Shown: positions 11,092-23,707, numbered from the whole stretch's first letter. The stretch: DNA of 63,608 nucleotides, filler included, from Rhabdomonas costata (GCA_019059605.1; 52 parts of 52 records of this genome joined end to end with filler, not necessarily neighbours in it), one strand, 5' to 3'. Notes: a model not told the origin generated them from the sequence alone. Made by a program: numbers and translations.

Positions 11092-13487
11092 GTCTTCTTT
11101 GAAGCCGGTTCCGAAATGGAGCGCATGAAGAGGCTGTTATATAAAGACCGCACATTAAGCCCACATTTCTGAGGTGCAATCCCAACAGCCGTGGACACAC
11201 CCTGTTTTGGTATGCACTTGGGTACGTCCCGTCAGTGTAGTTGATGGTGTCGCCCGAAGAACTTTGCTCTCACCCTCCTCCATCTCTTCTTCTGCTGCTG
11301 CTGAATCGAATGGCTCGCCTTGCGCGATGTTTTGTATGTTTCCCGCTATTAGGGACCTGACCCACCTGAACACCGTTCAGCTGGTGCCCACGGAAAATGT
11401 GGTGTACATAACGTCTCGATCCTTAAGCACCGTCTTTCAGGTGCACAAACGAGCGCCAGGGTACAGACTCGCTTCTCTGTTGAGTTAGGATTACTGCCAA
11501 AGCGTGAGAATGGCGTTTTGGCGTTTCCGTTCGACATCCCGTACCCTCTGGGCGCTTAGACTTGGATTTCCCTGCACTGCCCCGCACAACTTTCTTTAAG
11601 AAGGTTCTGCAGAGGTAATGGCACCTCAATACCACCTTTTTCCAGAATTATGTCGATGTTTGCTCCATAATTTTACACAATTTTCTTAACAGTTTTTTTA
11701 TAGAATTATAAAAAGGAATTCCTCTATTTGTATTGTGCATTCCAAGAAGTGCTCCATCACACATCACACGCTTTCGTGGTTGTTGGAGCCTTCGAAGCCT
11801 GTCCCAGTGGACTTGAGAGAAGACCAAAGCATTCATTCATGCTGCTCCTATAAGGTTACCGGTTTTCTGCAGAAAAAAACCACTCTTGAAGCGGGTCACA
11901 GCCTCTTTCGGAGGCAGAGGAGCTTCTTCCAAGGGAGTTCTTTGCATGAAAAGTCCAGATGACAAGGTAGGGAATCAAACAGTTTTACCCAAGCCGCGGA
12001 GGGGACTTCGTCCCCAACTGCACCAATTGAAAGTTGATTCCGTCGAGAAATGGAAGGAAAAGCCGACCCTGCCTGACTCTTTTCTTGGATTTAGTAGGAT
12101 GCGACCTGCGAAGCTAATGTGTGTGTGAGCGTATGAAGCGATGTCATGGCGAACCACCCACANNNNNNNNNNNNNNNNNNNNNNNNNNNNNNNNNNNNNN
12201 NNNNNNTTAATTAATTAANNNNNNNNNNNNNNNNNNNNNNNNNNNNNNNNNNNNNNNNNNNNGTGTTGGTGTGTTTGGTGGGGGGGGGTTAAGCAGGGCG
12301 AGGTACGGTGGTGGAGGTTGGCCCCCCATTCGCACAAACGATTCTCCTAGGAATTTTTGCTGAAAAGCTTCAAGAAACTTTTATCATTTCTTTGTTAAAG
12401 GTTATTGTGAGATTACGGTCTCATTGCTCTGGCTCATGTTTGGTTTTAGCCCATGCGACAAATACCCCCGAGTGGAGTGAGCTCTTCACTGTATTGTTCG
12501 GTACATCATTCTTCGCTTCCTTTTCCCGTGTGGCGAATTGGAGGGTCTTTCCTGCTTTGGTGTGGGGGAATGGGCTTTCGTGAGGCTGCGTTGTCTGTTT
12601 CCCATAGGACAGCAGCGAGCGCCGGTGCTGGGGCTGGGTGGGCTCTGCCTTCCGGGCGCTCCGAGAGGCCGCGTGCCGTCTGCGGCGGGGTCAGCACCAG
12701 GGCGCTGCTGAGGTATGGTGAACTTGGGCAACAACTTGATGCCTTGCGTGACCCGTCGCTTGCTTCCGGCCTACTCTTAAACCCAGTCCTATCCCGCATG
12801 GTCAGTTGAGAGTCATGCGAGAATAGCATTCCCAATTTGAGGGCAGTGCCTCTCCTTCGCTGCGGTGGATCTATCAGTCACCTATTTCTACGTTGTGTGT
12901 GAATTCGTGGCCGCGTGGTTTCCGTGACGTCTTTGTTGCGTGATTTGGGTCAATGGCACAGAACGCACTCCACCTTTTGGTACTTGCATTGCATGGACAC
13001 GCAGTCACCGAACCTCAGTGACGGCGTGAACGGCTGTGCGTTGTATTTTTGTTTGAGCTTTCCTTTGCGTCCACGCTTTCCTCCATAATTCGTTCAAGAT
13101 TCTAGAGGGTTGGATGACCCCTCCGCTTTAAGGAGAAAAGGCGTTAATTTTCCAATGCCACGTTAAGCTTTACTAACGCTTTCTATTATGACTATGACAA
13201 AACCCATGGGAACCGCTGGTATTCCTGACCGTGGCCCTTTTGTACGGTTCCCCGGGGTCGTGTGCATATTCATTCCAGCAAAGCGAGCTTGTACTTGCTC
13301 TCTCTACTTCCCCTCTAACCGTGCCCCTTCCCGACCGATCCAACCCTTCCCCACAGCCCAGCCCAACAGCCCAGCCCACCACACACCNNNNNNNNNNNNN
13401 NNNNNNNNNNNNNNNNNNNNNNNNNNNNNNNTTAATTAATTAANNNNNNNNNNNNNNNNNNNNNNNNNNNNNNNNNNNNNNNNNNNN

Positions 13488-14612
13488 GGGCATGGTGGAG
13501 GCAGTAGTAACGCACATCCGTGAAGCTCCCGGGACGCATCCAGCTCGAGCTCCTCGAGAATGCTCAGGGCCTTCTTTTTCTTCGGCCGAAGGCGGCTCAT
13601 TTTTGACAAATCAAATCAACAGGCAGTCATGAGAAATACGGCGAGAAGAGGCTGAGAGAAGGCGAATGGCGAAGCCGAGCAATCAATCGGCCATGCTCAC
13701 CGTCATTTTGACATAGGGTACCACAAATGCGTCATGCTAACGAACGGCAATGGACAGGAGCATCCAAGTGTTGACTGAAGGGAACGGATCACGGAGAACG
13801 GTGTGTGTGAACAACATCCGAAGCCACAAGAGCAGTGATGCATGTTTGCCAATAATACCGCCCCCTTCATGTGTCACTTTTGCGAGACTAAGAGCCCTGC
13901 AGTGTGGCTGCATTGTTTCTGAGCTTCTCGTATGATTCTGCGTCATTCTGGGACTGCCCTATCCTTCTCAGTTTCTCCATCCTCCTCCGCGGAGCCACAA
14001 CAAAGACACGGCACAAAGGGCAGTCACCCAAATACAGGGAACGTGCACGGCACATGACCTATCAACCGCTATCCCAAGGATTGAAACCAATATATGTGGC
14101 AAACAGCGCTCCACCATTTGGTGAAGTGCCTCGAATTGCCCCCGCGGTCTGCAAATGTGGCAAGTGGATCGGTGGATGTCAGGTGCAGGTCGTTCTGAAG
14201 TCGTCAGCCAGCAAAGAGCGGATGAGAGGACAGGAGAGAGATGATGGGCAGGGCGTGCCCACTCAGTGGTAGGCGGCGCAGGATGAGGCAGGATGTGAGA
14301 AAAGAACCCGAAACACTGAAATACGTAATAGAAAACAGGGTGGCGTGAGACAGCTGAACCTGAGAGGTGCAAACAAAAGGCGCGCTTGGGCAAGCGGGAA
14401 ACCGTGGAAATCGGAGTGGATGAGGTACCGCCCGACCAAATATTAATCCAGTCCCTCTTGAAGTATTGTGGTATTTCTGTTCGTTGGGCATGGTGGAGGC
14501 AGTAGTAACGCACATCCGTGAAGCTCCCGGGACGCATCCAGCTCGAGCTCCTCGAGAATGCTCAGGGCCTTCTTTTTCTTCGGCCGAAGGCGGCTCATTT
14601 TTGACAAATCAA
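13488..14612. repeat. Circularly closing contig: 998-bp unit with a 127-nt terminal direct repeat
   Basis: 13488-13614 is identical to 14486-14612; a 127-nt overlap is what a k=127 de Bruijn graph loop leaves. Confidence 0.9.
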
Positions 14613-15202
14613 NNNNNNNNNNNNNNNNNNNNNNNNNNNNNNNNNNNNNNNNNNNNTTAATTAATTAANNNNNNNNNNNNNNNNNNNNNNNNNNNNNNNN
14701 NNNNNNNNNNNNTTTTTGTGTTGGGAGGAGGAGCTTGTTGAACTTGTTGAACTTGCTCATGGGTAGTGCAAACAAGAGCTACGAGTTCTGAAATGTCTTC
14801 CCCCCCCCCAACCGCTAACCGCTATTGTGTGGTGAGCAGGTGAAAACATTTGGGACCGAATGGGTAGTAAAAATAAAGGTCCGTCAAAATGTTCCACTCA
14901 CAACTGCTCAGTGCTGGGTAGTGTTGGGCAGATGCAGAAGCCGCAAGCCGCATCTGCTCTGCACCACAGGATCTCGTTGTGTATCTGATATGATGCACTG
15001 AAGCCAACCGACCGTGCCACACCCAATTTACATTGTGTAGAGATGCATCGAAAGTGTGCTCGTATGGCCCATCGAGAGTCCACAGTCCGCAAAAAGACGT
15101 CAGCAGCAGTGAAACAACAACACCGGCACATAAAGTGAAGTGGCGGCATGCATTCTGCCTGCTCAGTTTCCAGTCTTCCTCGTTGCCGTTTCTATCCCAC
15201 AG

Positions 15203-15597
15203 AGTGGGCAACGTGAGCAACTTCTCCACCCCAGTGGCCCTCCCTGCCCTCCCCTTGGGCCCCTCGGACGCCATCACCGGTGCCACCCTGGGCGCCAACT
15301 TCACCCTCCTTCGCACTGCCCACCGCCGCCTGCTGGGTTGCGGCTCGAACTCAGCGGGACAGCTCGGGCTGAACCTCAGCAACGCCTCCGTGTCCACCCC
15401 GCTGCCGCTGCAGAGCAGCAGCTTCGGTGGGGCAGGGGAAGTGCTGGGGGTAGCCGCAGGGGCTACTCACGCCCTGGCCGTGGCGCAGGCCCAGGAGCTG
15501 GATCTCAGCCGGACGGAGATGGAGTGCTACCCTTTGGTGGCAGGGATCCCGACGCGGTGCTTGATCTGGATGTTCGACACAATGGGTTACCCCTATG
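15203..15597 (+). CDS. Exon of an RCC1-repeat protein
   Basis: GANFTLLRT..LLGCGSNSAGQLGL..VSTPLPL..VLGVAAGATHALAV fits the RCC1 repeat consensus; cag|..|gtatgc boundaries. Confidence 0.85.
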
Positions 15598-16246
15598 GTA
15601 TGCCACGAAGAAGACGGGAGGGAGGGAGCTGTGGAGTTTTGTTTCGCTTCGCGATGGATAGGAGACTGTGTCCAGCGGGTTCAACTACTGTCCTGCGTTT
15701 AGGTGCTTCACATGTCCAAAACTTGCTTACGTCTATTTTGTCTATCAGGACGGAGAGGAGGAGGGCCACTCGTTTCTCGGCCCACTCGCGAGAAGACCAG
15801 AAGCACACAAACTTTTCTAGTACTTTCACAACCCAACNNNNNNNNNNNNNNNNNNNNNNNNNNNNNNNNNNNNNNNNNNNNTTAATTAATTAANNNNNNN
15901 NNNNNNNNNNNNNNNNNNNNNNNNNNNNNNNNNNNNNTCTGGGTTGTTTGTTTGGAATGGCAGGGGTAGTGTCTGATTGGAGTGGCAGGGGGTTTTCGGG
16001 TGGAAGCGCACAAATACCCCCTTTTGCACTTTGCGATGCTGACATTTTCCATCGCATCCCCATCTCATCTGAGCATCTGAGCTACTTAATCGTCCTCAGA
16101 TCAGCACCTTCACTTGCACGCGTTTTGTTGTGGTTTTTTTTGCGTGCATATTGACTGCTCTCTTTTTTCGCCAGGTTTCTGACCAATTTCATTTCTTTGT
16201 GGGTACTGCGCTATTTTTAAGGGGGGGGCACCTGCCACTGCTGCAG

Positions 16247-16575
16247 GTGTCGGGCTTTTCTTCCGATGTCTAATGCATCCAACCCACGCAGCTCTTCTGG
16301 TATCCGCTCGCGAGCCTCCTCGCTGGCCTCTTGGGCGCTCTCGCATGAGGAGGCCCACGGCCTCTCCGGACTTCCTTTGGCGTCTTCCTCTGAGGGGGAG
16401 GCCCGTCGCACAGAGGAGGAGGAGGAGCTCCTCCCTGGGGACTTTGGCTCCGATTTGGGCTCAGGCTCTTCTGCCGGGGACGACGACGACGATGGGATAC
16501 CGTGGAGTGAGGACGAGATTGGGTCTCCCAGGCTCGTCACTAGAGGGGTTCAAACCGAGGACTCCTTCGCTGACG
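16247..16575 (+). CDS. Probable low-complexity acidic/Ser-rich exon (boundaries approximate)
   Basis: GC-rich ORF with EEEEE, DDDDD and RGVQTE, bounded by cag and gtgtgt. Confidence 0.4.
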
Positions 16576-17214
16576 TGTGTGCCTGTGCGCTCAGATGGGA
16601 TCCGAGGGGTGGATTTCCTCTTCTTTTACATCGGGTTTAGCCCTGGATAATATGCTACCTGTAAAGTGGTGAACAGCACTTTGCCCCTTTATGACGTTTC
16701 GTTGGTCGGTAGATAGGTTCTAACCGCTTCATGTTGTGCAACAGCGCTTTTGTGCTTTTGCGTGTTGGGTTGAGAAGTTCGGTTTTAGACAAATGCAGCA
16801 TAATCGTATCGATGGATTGCTTCACCTGCGTGTATGAGGGCGATGGTACTTTGTGGTTGTTATCGGAACTTTCCGTCTGAATCGTTTGACGCCGCTTGTC
16901 CCGAAGGATTATGGGAATCCTGGAACTATTCAGACCGTGTTCAGGTGACCGTGAGCAAGGGAGCACTCGCACGGCACAAAAGGAAGCAGACATCAAAGGG
17001 GGCTATGACAAAACAACCAATAGAATTAGTGGGCCCAACGGAGATGCGGAAACGATGCCGATNNNNNNNNNNNNNNNNNNNNNNNNNNNNNNNNNNNNNN
17101 NNNNNNTTAATTAATTAANNNNNNNNNNNNNNNNNNNNNNNNNNNNNNNNNNNNNNNNNNNNACAACAGCACTCCCCCGCTCCGCTGCCTTTTTCTACAG
17201 CAACATCGTCCAGA

Positions 17215-18198
17215 ATGCGTTTCCTTCCTTCCAACCCCGGACGGGTGGCGGCTGAAGTTCTGCTGACGGTGGCGGTGGCTGCGTTTGTGGTGTACGATCT
17301 CACCGAAGACTCCTCTGCAACGTCTGTAACCAAGCCGGAGGCTTCCAGCAACGTCGTGCTCACTTTCGAGGCCAAAAAGCTTTCTGCGCTTCCAGCTGCG
17401 GAAGACGACTCCGCCCGGTTCGACGCCTCGGTAACGGACATTACAGCAAATAACATCCTCCAAGTTTGTGGCGACGTTACCGTCAAATCAAACCCGTGGA
17501 TCATCGGCAGCAACGGCACTAACCAGGCCCTGATCGTTTTGCTGGGCGGCGGGTGCTCATTCAACCCAGCGCTCCAGACCAGCAACACCACCAACAACGT
17601 CACCAGCCTTGTGCCAATTACCGTGAGGGGTGGCAGCTGGCTCTCCTTCCAAAACATCTATTCCCAAAACGCGGCCTTTGCCCAGGGGGGGGGCGCCGGC
17701 GCAACCTCTGGGTTGCTAACAATGGATCCAACTTCCATCCTTGAAGCTGTATTCTCAGGTGTCCACACTCTTCGCACAGGCTCCCTTGCAAATTCAACAT
17801 GTTTACTCCCCAAACACGTTCTTCTCTTCCCACAGTAACTCAACTGGACCCCAACCCGTTCGTCAACCTTGGGTACCCGATTCTGTTCGCTCTTGGCGAT
17901 TGCCCCGACTTCACCCAGGTGAGCATCCGACCTGTCGTCAACTGCCCGATTGCCGGTGCGTGTTCGTTCTCCGCTGAGCTTTTTCGTTTCTCCACCCCAG
18001 TGCACATGCAAACAACTCTAATCTCACACTTTTCGGTGTGGGTGTACAGATCCCGTCCAGATCACTACTGGCGTTTACACCTGCGGCATCAGCTTTTCCA
18101 CGGTTACCTCCAACTCCGTCACGAGATGCACCCTCCTGGCGACCGTTTTCGGTCCTCTGACTACTGCCAGTGCCCCAATCACAATGACAATCGGCAAG
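17215..18198 (+). CDS. Multi-exon Thr/Ser/Asn-rich, probably extracellular or surface protein
   Basis: Long ORF with a hydrophobic stretch (VLLTVAVAAFVVY) and several NxT/S sites, followed by further splice-bounded exons (TQLDPNPFVNLGYP..|gtgag; ITTGVYTCGISF..|gt). Confidence 0.6.
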
Positions 18199-18484
18199 GT
18201 CCTTTGCCCTTTCCCAGTGTATTCTTCCCTTATAAAAATTGCCCAGCAACCGCCCCCCCCCCCGCGCATGAAATAAGCCCAACAAACNNNNNNNNNNNNN
18301 NNNNNNNNNNNNNNNNNNNNNNNNNNNNNNNTTAATTAATTAANNNNNNNNNNNNNNNNNNNNNNNNNNNNNNNNNNNNNNNNNNNNAAACGCTGTGATT
18401 TTTGCGCCTTTTGAAGCCTGTGCACCAAGCTAGAGTTTGCTTGGCCAGTCATCTCAAAAGTTACGTGTGGGGATAGACGCGCAA

Positions 18485-18595
18485 ACAGCAGGCGAAAGAA
18501 ACGTAAACACCTTCAGGTCAAAACGAGTTTTTTCTCCACCCTTTTACGCTCGAAAATGCCTGATTTTGGAGGTGAGTTGCATCGGTGGTGACTTT
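18485..18595. repeat. Dispersed repeat, copy 1
   Basis: The reverse complement aligns by eye with 62495-62605 (AATCAGGCATTTTCG..AAAAGGG..GAGAAAAAA.CT..TTTGACCTG.AGGTGTTT). Confidence 0.75.
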
Positions 18596-19253
18596 TCTTA
18601 AACTCAATAAACAAAACATCTTAATCTTCTTTGAAACAGCATGGGATTCTTTTGACGAGTTCTATTTTAATATTTTGGCCGGTTCTGGCTGCGCTTAACG
18701 CGATTACATAAGGAAGTAAAGGCTTGTTTCAGGGCGGAGCCCCGTGAAGTGATCTCCCATGAAAACACCGCACAGCAAGGAATCAACATAGGATTCCGAA
18801 TTCTCTTTTTTCTTTGCGATTTTTTCCCATTTGCACATTGGCTTGGCGGAAAATGGGTCTCCAAAATGATTGATGTGTGACACTGTGGGCGGGGCCGGGT
18901 CTTTTTCAGCACCGCGGAGGACATTGTTGCGGATGGCCCTGTTGGAGAGGCCCGGAAGCAGCTGAAAGTGCATGGCTGTTTATTCTCTTCTGCACTCCTG
19001 TTCTGACTGCTTCGGGTGTTCGCGGATGAGTGTAGTGAAGGGTGTAGCTTCTTCAGCATCTTCTCCCCTGCAGCACATCCTGCCGTTTGGCTCTGCCCCA
19101 CGCAGAGAAGCTCACTTTGTCCAGAGCAGGGCATGGAAACCTAGAATGAATGTGCGCCGAGTGGGAAAATGAGGCGGCAGAAGTGCGTTACTGCCCCCCC
19201 CCTTCAAGGAGTGGGTGCCTGCCACGTGTAGGTTATGTGTGGGTAAGGGTGCT

Positions 19254-19511
19254 GGGTGGTCTCCCTAATGCGCACAATGTCCTGTGATGCGCACCGTCTT
19301 ATTACCCATTTCTAAGTTTCGTATTGGATGCTTGCACTCCTGTTGGGTGCCTGTCAGATTTTGCCGGTTCCCCGACGGCAGTGTCAACAAACTTCAGCTG
19401 AAGCCGATGAGTTGAGCAAAAATAAAACCACGCCAGTTGAAGATGTGACCACGTGTGCTGGCTCATCGTACGGTACACCATAGGACATTGTGCGCATTAG
19501 GGACACCACCC
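19254..19511. mobile_element. MITE-like foldback element with ~40-bp imperfect terminal inverted repeats
   Basis: GGGTGGTCTCCCTAATGCGCACAATGTCCT.. (19254-19297) pairs with 19470-19511; includes a perfect core TCCCTAATGCGCACAATGTCCT. Confidence 0.6.
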
Positions 19512-20287
19512 CNNNNNNNNNNNNNNNNNNNNNNNNNNNNNNNNNNNNNNNNNNNNTTAATTAATTAANNNNNNNNNNNNNNNNNNNNNNNNNNNNNNNN
19601 NNNNNNNNNNNNGTGTGGGGGTTCGCAAAAACGCGTTTTCAGGCCGCTTTGAGGCGTTTTTGAGGTGGTTTGCTGCGGGTTTTTTTTTGCCCACTTTGGC
19701 CTTCCAAACAGCCTTTTTGAGCACTCCGCGGAGAAGGTGTAAACACTGGGGCCCGTCCGCCGGGTCCAGATACGAATATACACCATGTAACGTCCATGAG
19801 TCGAAAATGAGCACGGCAAACCTCTTCGTTTCATTTCGGGACCCCTTAGCGCTGCGCCCTTACTTGTCTGTAAGTCTTCTGCTTCTTGCGCTCTAGATTA
19901 CCTTTTCCTTTGAAAGTAAAAATAAAAAACAGCAAAACAAAACAAAACAACAACAACAAAAGAGGAACTGAAGGGACTGCCTCCCGACAGGTGGGTGCGC
20001 ACCGCTCTCTCCAACGGTGCACTCATTTGAGAGATAAAAAAGGCAAGCAAAGAACGACGTCTGACATGATGCAGAAAGAAGACAGCCAAGTTCTCCACGT
20101 TTTCTTATACGAACGCAAAAAGAAAGAAAAAACTTGTGCTGCATCATCAGAAAAAAAGCAACGTTAGCAAACCCCCCACATCGGATCACCTTTGGTGTTT
20201 TTCGGTATGGTCAATGTTGAATGGGCTTGCCTTCCAGTTGAACTTCGCCGTCTTCTCACAAAGATGCAGCAACAAAGCATTGCATAC

Positions 20288-20398
20288 GTGTGCAGCAGTC
20301 CTGGGTGGAGCAGGCTGCCGCCAAGCAAATGGAGGTTTGGTTGGTGTTGTTCGAGCTGTAGCCCTCGGGGCACGTAAAATTCGCGCAACTGGGGTAGC
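20288..20398 (-). CDS. Symmetric (phase 1-1) exon encoding one six-Cys module
   Basis: cag|.YPSCANFTCPEGYSSNNTNQTSICLAAACSTQDCCT|gtatgc; 111 nt; typical of a Cys-rich surface-protein repeat. Confidence 0.65.
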
Positions 20399-23300
20399 CT
20401 GCGGAATCGCCCAAAGCAATTCCCCTGTCCTTTTTTTTCCTCTGTAAAAGCGCCGCTCCTCCCATCTCCCCAGTAAACCCAGGAGCATGGGTGGGAATTT
20501 GCGTGACGGGAGCCAACATTCAAATGCTCATTCACACCTTTTACACCTTTCAATCCTCTCCTTCGTGTATTTCCGGCGACCGGGATTACTTTTTCTTCAC
20601 AAGAGACACGAAGAGCCTCTATTTTTGCTTATTATGGTTCAACATGGCTGTGCGCTGAGAACACAGCAAAAGACACGCAAAGTAAGAGGGTAACGTTCGC
20701 ATGTGAAGAAAAAGTAATCCCGGTCGCCCAAAAAACNNNNNNNNNNNNNNNNNNNNNNNNNNNNNNNNNNNNNNNNNNNNTTAATTAATTAANNNNNNNN
20801 NNNNNNNNNNNNNNNNNNNNNNNNNNNNNNNNNNNNGTGTTGGGTGTGTGTGGTGGTGTGGTGCTCGAGGTTGGTGAAGCCACGCTGGTATCTGGTCTGT
20901 CATCAGCTGGCGGGGACGGAAACCTCCTGCGAACCCCCCAGGGTGAAAACCTACCTGCAGGTGGACACCCATGCTGTGCTTCTGGTGCTCCGCTTGCTTT
21001 TTTTAAAGTAAGAGGAACGGTAAATGATTAATACCATCATTCCTTCCTGATGTTGGGAGGACGCTTGTGTTCCATTCTGGCGACTTCCAAGCCGGTCAAT
21101 GTTGGTGGAATGAAGTTTGGATGTGGACAAAGATTGGGAGAGTATAAGTGTGGAGAGGAGGCGGCCACCGCGCTGCTGGAGCGAGTGAGTCCGTGGAGTA
21201 GTGCGACTAGCCGAAACTGTTCAGTGAGAGTCTGGGCCGCAAAGCCCCCTATCACCCATCCCGAGGGCACAAGCGGCGATAATTGCGTATAAAACTATCC
21301 AACCACAACACGGCGGGAAGCAAACAAAAATCGAAAGGCCTCACACCGGCTCATCGTGGCGAGGCTTGCGACGGCACTGAAGGTGGGCGAAAGCGCGGTG
21401 CCCAGAGCCCCACAGCCCTCCTCCACCTGCTCAGAATCCATGGTGAGATATACCGCCACCGCACAGGAAGGGGAGGGAGCAGCGCGCTCCAACCCCGGAG
21501 GTTCCTCGGGGTGGCCACACGGCGCCACCGTCCCGGGAAGAGGCTGGGTCCCCAGGTCTTCACCCGAGTGGGAAGCTGCGTCAATCCAATGCAGCAACAA
21601 GCAAGCACAACCAACAACACCTAAATCACGTGGGCTGAATTCTGGCGTCATACACAGTTTCAATCCTATCATTTGTTGCCGCTAGATGTATATGTGCTCC
21701 GCCAAACGTCGCGGGAGGTGTGGTGGAAGAGGGGCTTTTCAACGTGGTGGCCCGAGGAAAGCCGCGCCCGAAGTGTGTCAGCAGCTGATTTCTGCATCCA
21801 AAAGATATTGATGCTGCTAGTAATGGGAACCGCTCCAGGCTCCAACCTACCAAACTGGGGCTGGAGAAGGGTGAAAATATCAACGATTGCTATCACCATC
21901 AGGTTCCAAGACGAGCATGGACAAATTGAAACACAAAACCTTCGCCCATGGTCTGCGGAATNNNNNNNNNNNNNNNNNNNNNNNNNNNNNNNNNNNNNNN
22001 NNNNNTTAATTAATTAANNNNNNNNNNNNNNNNNNNNNNNNNNNNNNNNNNNNNNNNNNNNTTTGTGGTGGGGCAGGGTTTGCGCAGAAAACATCGCCAT
22101 GGCGCTAAGGCGCTGCCTATCTAACCCCTGGACTGAAAGAACAGGGAAAGGCAAACCTTGTAATTCAGATGACACCGATTCCGTTTCATCAAACAGTAAT
22201 ATCACTCACTGCACCATGCTTGATGCGAGGTTGCAATGATACTATTCCCTGCACTCTAAGGTTTGCACGGCAGATTTCAGTGAACCCCCGGCAACACAAA
22301 CATGAAATTTCAAAGAATAAAAACTATAGCCACTTCGAAAAGCTGAAAAGATAACAGCAAAGTGGCAAACACACCACCACATTGGAATTCGATTTTCACT
22401 TCTTGCACTCAGAGAAAGGGGTTTCGGTCTGCAAGACCAAGTAGGGGTGAAACATCATGGGGGACAGGCGACACATAACACTAGACAGCTGAACATTTGA
22501 GACACTTGAGAGATAACAACGAGGTGAGGGAAAACCACTTCAACTCGGGCAAATGCATCGTAATGGAGGATCCTGGGTTTTCTGGATCTTCGCTACCGCA
22601 ATGGTCAGCAGATCGCTCGCCCTAAGGATTGATGACAGGGTGTGATGGCACATCGTTTTGTGGTGGCACATCGTTTTGTGGTGGCATTGGTGCATTCCCA
22701 TGTCAATAATCCTGTAGAGTTATAAACTGAACTGTGTTCCCAACTTCTATCAGTCCTCAACCTTGGCTTACCACAGGTCCACTTCTTCCACTAGTCCCCC
22801 GGTCCGAAACAGAATCCATCTCTTTCTATGGTGAGTTACATTCCAAAACTCAGGATTAAGTACGTTCCGAGGTTTCCAATTCCAAGTTCTTGGGCGTTTT
22901 TTCCCATGCACTCTGGTGTGGCCAGGGCTGAAAAGCAAGGGTTCTGAGCATAGCAACCTTGAAACGTCCGATTTTGAAGCCAACCGTCGACATTTGGAAG
23001 GATATCACAGTCCAATCAGGTTTAAGAAGGGCACGAAAAAAATCCCCTTTCTTGGAAGAGGAAGTGCGGCTCGTGCAGCACCCTTCCCTCCATTCAAGAG
23101 CATGGTAAAATCAGCACCAGACGCGCCACAGCAACTGCGGCAGGTCCTACGCAATGCAGGCAAGGCAGGCACACGCTTAAAGGAACNNNNNNNNNNNNNN
23201 NNNNNNNNNNNNNNNNNNNNNNNNNNNNNNTTAATTAATTAANNNNNNNNNNNNNNNNNNNNNNNNNNNNNNNNNNNNNNNNNNNNATGTTCTGAACCAG

Positions 23301-23707
23301 TGTTAATAATTCCTTTCTGTCGGGGAGCAGGCAATTGTGCTGTAGGGGGGTATTCCTCACCAGTGCAACGAACAAACGTTCGGGACCCTCTCAGGCAAAA
23401 GCTCCCGTTTTCTACGAACTTTCTTCTCCCAACATCCAGGGGAAGGCACTGGGAGGAAAGACACAAAAGCTTCTGAATCACGTTCTGGACATTCACTTTT
23501 CCTAATCATCTTTCCTTTTCTTCTCTCTTTTATTACGCTCTTGCTGTCTGTGACTTGCCACCTCCCAAAAGCTGTTGCCGAGAAGGAAGGAAGATGAGGA
23601 AAACCTCAGTTACTAGGACTCAGCCGCGAAAGGTAATCAGCCGTACAAAGAATCGAGACATCGTTTTAAGTATGAAAGCAGGTCAGTGCACTCTCGCAAA
23701 GGCTTAC

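Noticed and set aside
13488..14612. SL RNA/5S rRNA tandem unit
   Set aside because: No 5S sequence; only TTTCTGAG resembles the euglenid leader, without the rest
22641..22686. 19-bp tandem duplication (also short direct repeats near 49983-50018 and 61291/61400)
   Set aside because: Two copies only; ordinary slippage-type duplication
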